Positions 61,001 through 64,000 of a DNA stretch of 64,000 nucleotides are shown in pieces (the first letter of the stretch is position 1; every line of letters begins with the position of its first letter). The DNA is from Phoronis australis (taxonomy: Eukaryota > Animalia > Phoronida), in the NCBI GenBank assembly GCA_002633005.1, contig NMRA01000032.1, positions 848,911-912,910 of the forward strand, read 5' to 3'. A program made the translations under genes and the position numbers. The notes beneath the pieces are model-generated. The model was given only the letters and a program-made list of their open reading frames with translations, was not told where the DNA came from and searched no databases.

Positions 61001-63677
61001 ATAACGACAGCATGCATCTGTACACCACAAACCTGATCTGCCTGCACATCAGAGGTTGTACCAATCTGCTATAAGCATCGTCGACACACACCGACAGCAG
61101 CTTCGCATATTGGTTAAATGCAGAGCGCCATCTGTTGCTGCAGAACCTTACAAAGCTCTGCTTGACACTGTCAGGAATGTTCACTTTTACAGTCAACACC
61201 TTTTGGTGTTCCCCACGATTCAGAGCCAAAATCTAGAAAACAATTATGGATTTTTTTTTCAATTTATTACACAATTGATACCAATTTTTCAAAGAGTTAA
61301 TACAGAGCTGTAAATGCATGAAAACATACCCATACCAACTGTTGTCTGGTAACGGTTGAAATGTCCAGGTCATCCTGACAAAAAAGTGAAATTTTAAAAA
61401 AGTGACTTTTTGCTGAAGAATTGAACAAAATGAAATTGAGGACAAACCACATCGGTTTTGCGAAACACCCAGCATGGAAAAGAGAATGACACAGGTACAC
61501 TAATGGCTGATCCCATTCAGCTCTTATAGGGAAAATACAATCAGAAAACATTGTTTGTATATGCGTCATAATCGGGCTCTCCTTTGTTTATTTCCTGCTT
61601 TAGTTTGAGCGCCTGCTCGCTGAGGATGGCAAGTGCTATTGCGAGCCAAAGGTATTGTATTTGGGATTTTTTTTATCAAATCTTAAAGATTGGAAGTCAC
61701 CACAAATTTTGAAGCCAATTACAGGTGAATTCTTACTTGTCTCCCTTCTTCCGATTTGATTGCAACTGACAAAAATCTGGCAACTTGATTGTGACTCGAG
61801 ATTTTCACCAAGCCACCTAACAAAACCTGAGGTCTCATTAGCGAGCTGCAGATCGCAATATCGAACCCTTCAGACAAACCATGACAAGCACTTTGCGAAT
61901 AAGTCTGGATGTGAGATTACTTGTGGACCCACTTTTTCTGCGACAACTATTTGTTCGACTCTCATTCCACACACAGGGCAAGCTAGTTATTTTGAATGAC
62001 AGTGACATCACCCTATCCAATAAGTACACTACTGCTAACCTGGTGTGATTTGACACTCTTCACAGGCACAGAGAAGTCAAAGTACTGTTCAAACTTATAG
62101 CTGGTATCCCTCTTTGTCTTGGTCTCATCTGTTTCTGCGGCCTTCTTGGTTGCTTTCCTACAGCTTTCAATGGTCACGTGATGCTGGCTACACCTAATAA
62201 AATAGGACCGTGTGGTATTTTTGTAAAATACCTTCAATACTAGATTTTAACTAAATAAATGTATATAGATTCTAAAAGTTGAAAGCCCAAAGAATTTGAT
62301 TTTTGACTCTATACCAATCTGACATCACCAGTAACAGCGTCAATCAACCATGTGATTTTAGAAAAATTTCACAAGAAAAAAGGTATCAAGAACATGACTT
62401 TGAGAAAATTTCATTTGATACAGATGTTCAAAATAAAATCTCAAAAACATTACAGTTTTCTGAATTATCGTTTCGTTTTTGTTTCATGCAAATTTTGAAT
62501 TTTTTCGTAAAAGTCCTGTTTTTCGGTAGCCCCTAATTTTAAAAACAATTTCCAACAGAGATTTAAAGAAAAATGTATAAAAGCATACTATCCGAAAGTT
62601 TTATATGCCATTTATGAGATATTACGCTAGCCAAATCTGGACATTTTTCGGTGGTCTCACGTAACCTTAACCTCTAACTATCCACCTTATTTGAGGCAAT
62701 TGTGCAACTTTTGAACTTTATCTAGCCTTAACTTTCACGATAAATTTAGACTTTCAGATTCGTGATACATATATAACAATATTGTTGAATAAGATCAACG
62801 TATTTAAATGAAACATTGACTTCAAGCCATAGTAAAATAAATAGTATTATGAAAACGAAAAAATCAAAGAAGTCTTAAGGTACAAATTCTTCAGTTTGGG
62901 ATACGTTGTCATACGCTTCAACACGAACAACTTTTAAGAAAATTCTGGTTTGTGTTAGCAAACACCATTTGGTAACAATTTCACAATCATATCTGATGTA
63001 ATAGAGTGAACCAGTGAGAAAATAGCAATTTAACCAAAAAAATATTGTTTTTGTCTGAAAATCAAACATTTTTTCTTTTGATCTCCATGAATTTTAAGCA
63101 GCTGGCTTCAAATTGTAACAACACAGTAAATGGAATTCTTAGATTCTCAAAACACGAATGATCTAAAAATTATGTTCTACATTTCATTCTTCAATTGAAG
63201 TAGAAACTTTTCAAACTGGTACAAAAATAATTCCTAAAATTATGTCTCTATTTTTCAGAGCTTTACCACATTGTTGCAAATTCTCAAATTTCACCAAATA
63301 TTGTTTGGTAACAGCTACACCATACAAACCATGGTAAGTAAATTTTCTTGAAAAGTTGTTCTTGTTGAGAAACTTGACAAAACGAAAATTCACCTGTCCA
63401 CCATATTGTGTCCGAAACTGAAGAATTTTTACTGTACTGCGAAAAAATGATGTAAAGCGAGATACATATTAGCATAATTTACAAAAGCATTTCCAATTGG
63501 TTTGAACGAACACATCTAGGTTTTACTTTCAAAGGATACGCTTAACTTAGTCAAAATTGTCCATTCTGCTAATGACTTACAGATTTCGGACCAATTCTAG
63601 GACTTCTTTGTCTTTAGCCAAAATGTCAGCTATGATGTTTTTAAGATTGGTTTCCACGCTTTTGATGGAGTCAACTC
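49003..63677 (-). CDS. SRBD1: S1 RNA-binding domain-containing protein 1 (Tex/Spt6-like), 5'-truncated; last 14 exons, ~630 codons
   Basis: Exons 63581-63677, 62040-62193, 61033-61232, 59986-60143, 58861-58954, 57977-58084, 56257-56348, 55797-55879, 55460-55566, 54251-54418, 53015-53188, 51548-51636, 50315-50410, 49003-49274 join in phase. Motifs: [10 protein letters not shown], YqgF-like [13 protein letters not shown] and [51 protein letters not shown], HhH VGVDLN...IAGLN and [28 protein letters not shown]1 domain [24 protein letters not shown]. Confidence 0.96.
50543..51113. mobile_element. PIF/Harbinger (Tourist-like) MITE in an SRBD1 intron
   Basis: TTA|gggctgttccagcaaaatctgtgtggga ... 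tcacatacagattttactggaacagccc|TTA: ~28-bp TIR with 3-bp TTA TSD. Confidence 0.88.
52798..52948. mobile_element. Short Harbinger-like MITE
   Basis: Imperfect TIRs gagccgtcttgcataaaa ... ttttatgcaacccagccc with a partly palindromic interior; similar termini occur near 13500-13775, 14695-14920 and 28840-29050. Confidence 0.5.
55285..55324. repeat. (ATGATGAGTC)x4 minisatellite
   Basis: Four perfect 10-bp units in an SRBD1 intron; three TGAGTCA heptamers. Confidence 0.9.
57934..57995 (-). repeat. Perfect 31-bp tandem duplication spanning an SRBD1 5' splice site
   Basis: gataatacccaccagtacattacattgagtg x2 (57934-57964, 57965-57995); minus strand gives two identical TACTG|GTGGGT donors. Confidence 0.92.
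58999..59100. repeat. ~53-bp tandem duplication
   Basis: caagt(c)aggac.acctgggtcatctgatgtctagt..gctagatcctac twice, just upstream of the SRBD1 acceptor at 58955. Confidence 0.85.
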
Positions 63678-64000
63678 CTAAAAAATGTAAATCACAAATG
63701 CACCAAGACACTGTCTGTATGTAAGACCAACAAGACTATGTAGTGATCTAGTTCATCCAAAGCAAAGTTTAAAGGTATACCGAGGGCTGTTTAGGTTATA
63801 TGACTACTGTCGTGTTATACGCTCTTGATAGATGGCGCATGCTATCTGGTGATCTGTCTGTTAGTCGCATAAGTAAGGCATGAACAAATAAAAGTGTTAA
63901 GACATCAAGGCTTCGCATATTTAACCATAATTACAATTCACTATTGTACAACTACTACCTTGGGATATCCCATTTTACACAATAACGAGTGTCGAATGAC

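Noticed and set aside
49003-63677. Bacterial tex gene by contamination or recent horizontal transfer
   Set aside because: It is split by 13 canonical spliceosomal introns in the window; this is the ordinary eukaryotic SRBD1.

Overview
AT-rich, intron-rich eukaryotic (animal, probably invertebrate) genomic DNA; almost all entries in the ORF track are spurious and real genes are split into short GT-AG exons. I assembled five spliced protein-coding genes by hand with consistent exon phases: the 3' end of WDR81 (+, 6 exons, 621-6525); an unrecognised two-exon, 242-aa type-I membrane mucin-like gene (+, 13092-26084); BLOC1S6/pallidin (-, 5 exons, 32730-38378); PSMB4/proteasome beta-7 (+, 7 exons, 38878-45917, head-to-head with BLOC1S6); and the 3' 14 exons of SRBD1 (Tex-like S1 protein; -, 49003-63677). 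Introns and intergenic DNA hold a decayed RTE-X-like LINE, an AcademX-like XPG/Cys transposon remnant, Kolobok-, Harbinger- and piggyBac-type MITEs, tRNA-derived SINE heads, minisatellites and a probable haplotype-duplication assembly artefact around the single N. The best candidate for something undescribed is the orphan membrane mucin with two RVxP ciliary-targeting-like motifs and juxtamembrane cysteines. Also notable are a palindromic 38/76-bp array and two independent tandem duplications of 5' splice sites. No prokaryotic-type system, CRISPR array, rRNA or intact tRNA is supported. Gene identities rest on recalled family motifs, not on database searches.
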